The translations under genes and the position numbers were made by a program. The notes below the pieces were generated by a model. The model worked only from the letters and a program-made list of their open reading frames with translations. It had not been told where the DNA came from and made no database searches. Source: Lobosporangium transversale (taxonomy: Eukaryota). Taken from it: a stretch of DNA of 64,000 bases. The DNA is taken from contig NW_019028982.1 of the NCBI RefSeq assembly GCF_002105155.1, positions 1,054,001 to 1,118,000 of the forward strand, in the 5' to 3' direction. This document shows, in pieces, positions 62,699-64,000 of this stretch (position 1 is the stretch's first letter; the number at the start of each line of letters is the position of its first letter).

Positions 62699-64000
62699 CT
62701 ACTTCTGCTTAGAACGATCCTTCAGCTTCAAGCTAAAAAAGGCCAATACATGCCATCCCAACAGGATTGCAATCATGGACTGGAAACACCACCAGAACTG
62801 ATCAAGTTGGTACGTGTGTGATAGAGGCTCGTTCCTGATCTCCTGCCAAGGTCGTGCCTGGATCTCGCGGAGATAAATGGCTTCAATAGCATATCGGGGT
62901 GCTGAGATGACCCATATCCAAGATGTGGCTTTGTATCCGCCCGCTGCATCGTCGCTCATGACCTCCGCCAGATCTGGTGCATCGCCAGAAAAGACAATAG
63001 CCCATGCCAAAGTGAACCCTGTACCGACTAATGAGACTCTGTTTTGGGGCACAAGAGCGGAGAGGAAGTAGCCCATCGCGAATGCAACAGCGTATAACAT
63101 CACAATGATGCAGAGTAGGTAAAAGTAATTGGACCTTTGGTTGAAGAAAATAATGAGCGAGATCGAAAACATGATGCCTGCAAGGACAATACGAGGGATG
63201 TCTGCAATAACCTTGGCAATGTAGTAAGGTAAAGTAAGCAGACCCGAGGACTTCTCTCGCCAGTAAACGATCTTTTCGTTGCCAAACGTCATGGAGCCCA
63301 CTGAGATGCCAGCGAAGCAGACGCCGAGCGCAATAAAAACACCAACTTCAGTCAAGTGGTCTGTAGGGTTGGCACAGTTACTTTTGAGCTGGAATGGTGT
63401 CATGGCGCAGACCAGGTCGGGCTGTCGTCCTAGATAGTCGAAGCGAGAGGCTGCGATCGAGATAAAGAGGCCACATCCAAGATGCAACAACTGATCATAA
63501 AGGAATTGCCGCTGGTTCCTGTAGATCTGTAGCCGTGCACGGTTCAGACACAACCAAAACATCATGAAGGGGTTTGCAGTGTTGCGGACAGGGTCCTTTC
63601 GTCGTAGGAAGATACCCTGTACGGTTTCGACTGTCTCGGCAATAACGCCCTTCCACCACATCCTAGATTCAATGTAGGATATGCGGATGGACCTCTGAAG
63701 CGTTTCCCAGAAAGTCAAGCGCTCAGGTGGAGGGGGAGTCGAATACATTGAAGTAAGGTCACTCAGCGCCATAGAAGGCCGTGGAGAAGATGGGGCTGAC
63801 CTTTGGTAAGCTGGATCCTCAGACATAGTCACAGATTTGACCTGGCTGTTGCGCTTCTGCTGAGTTTGAGATGATGGATACAAAGTGGTTGAAGAGGCGG
63901 ATGACATGAATCCATGATTAGCTGAATCCGAAGAATATGGCATTGCTGGGGATGGCATGTTGTCGATGTCGGTGAGTGTTAGTGATTCAATAATTCCATG
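62699..64000 (-). CDS. ABCG-type half transporter, C-terminal ABC2 membrane domain (5' part outside window)
   Basis: TFGNEKIVYWREKSSGL, YYIAKVIADIP and SAPRYAIEAIY, with multiple TM helices. Confidence 0.88.
   Translation of the reverse strand, partial: HGIIESLTLTDIDNMPSPAMPYSSDSANHGFMSSASSTTLYPSSQTQQKRNSQVKSVTMSEDPAYQRSAPSSPRPSMALSDLTSMYSTPPPPERLTFWETLQRSIRISYIESRMWWKGVIAETVETVQGIFLRRKDPVRNTANPFMMFWLCLNRARLQIYRNQRQFLYDQLLHLGCGLFISIAASRFDYLGRQPDLVCAMTPFQLKSNCANPTDHLTEVGVFIALGVCFAGISVGSMTFGNEKIVYWREKSSGLLTLPYYIAKVIADIPRIVLAGIMFSISLIIFFNQRSNYFYLLCIIVMLYAVAFAMGYFLSALVPQNRVSLVGTGFTLAWAIVFSGDAPDLAEVMSDDAAGGYKATSWIWVISAPRYAIEAIYLREIQARPWQEIRNEPLSHTYQLDQFWWCFQSMIAILLGWHVLAFFSLKLKDRSKQK

Overview
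This is intron-rich eukaryotic DNA from an early-diverging fungus. Gene families and long poly(T)/poly(A) intron tracts suggest Mortierellaceae, which is an inference. The conserved backbone comprises: Rce1 CAAX protease (last exon), KIN17, CWC15, a type I membrane protein, a Pho80/Pcl-type cyclin, a divergent allantoicase, Vps5, a beta-hydroxyacid dehydrogenase, Afi1/MesA, Slh1/ASCC3 helicase, an ANK-RCC1-BTB protein, a homeodomain factor, an unknown 4-repeat protein, a secreted beta-rich protein and the 3' end of an ABCG transporter. Two accessory zones interrupt it. The first (8.3-9.3 kb) is a decayed Arm-like N-terminus of a Mortierella NACHT/WD40 NLR-like gene. The second (27.2-37.2 kb) holds: (i) two direct-repeat relics of a PrimPol/NCLDV-type archaeo-eukaryotic primase with a CxxC..H zinc ribbon and a possible UL9-like helicase remnant; (ii) an intact beta-trefoil gene and a Crinkler-like relic between those repeats; (iii) a decayed hAT transposon with unusually long (~320-340 bp) terminal inverted repeats. 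A GC-rich multi-hairpin element at ~53.35-53.5 kb looks like an unidentified structured RNA. All family assignments come from motif recognition by eye; no searches were run.
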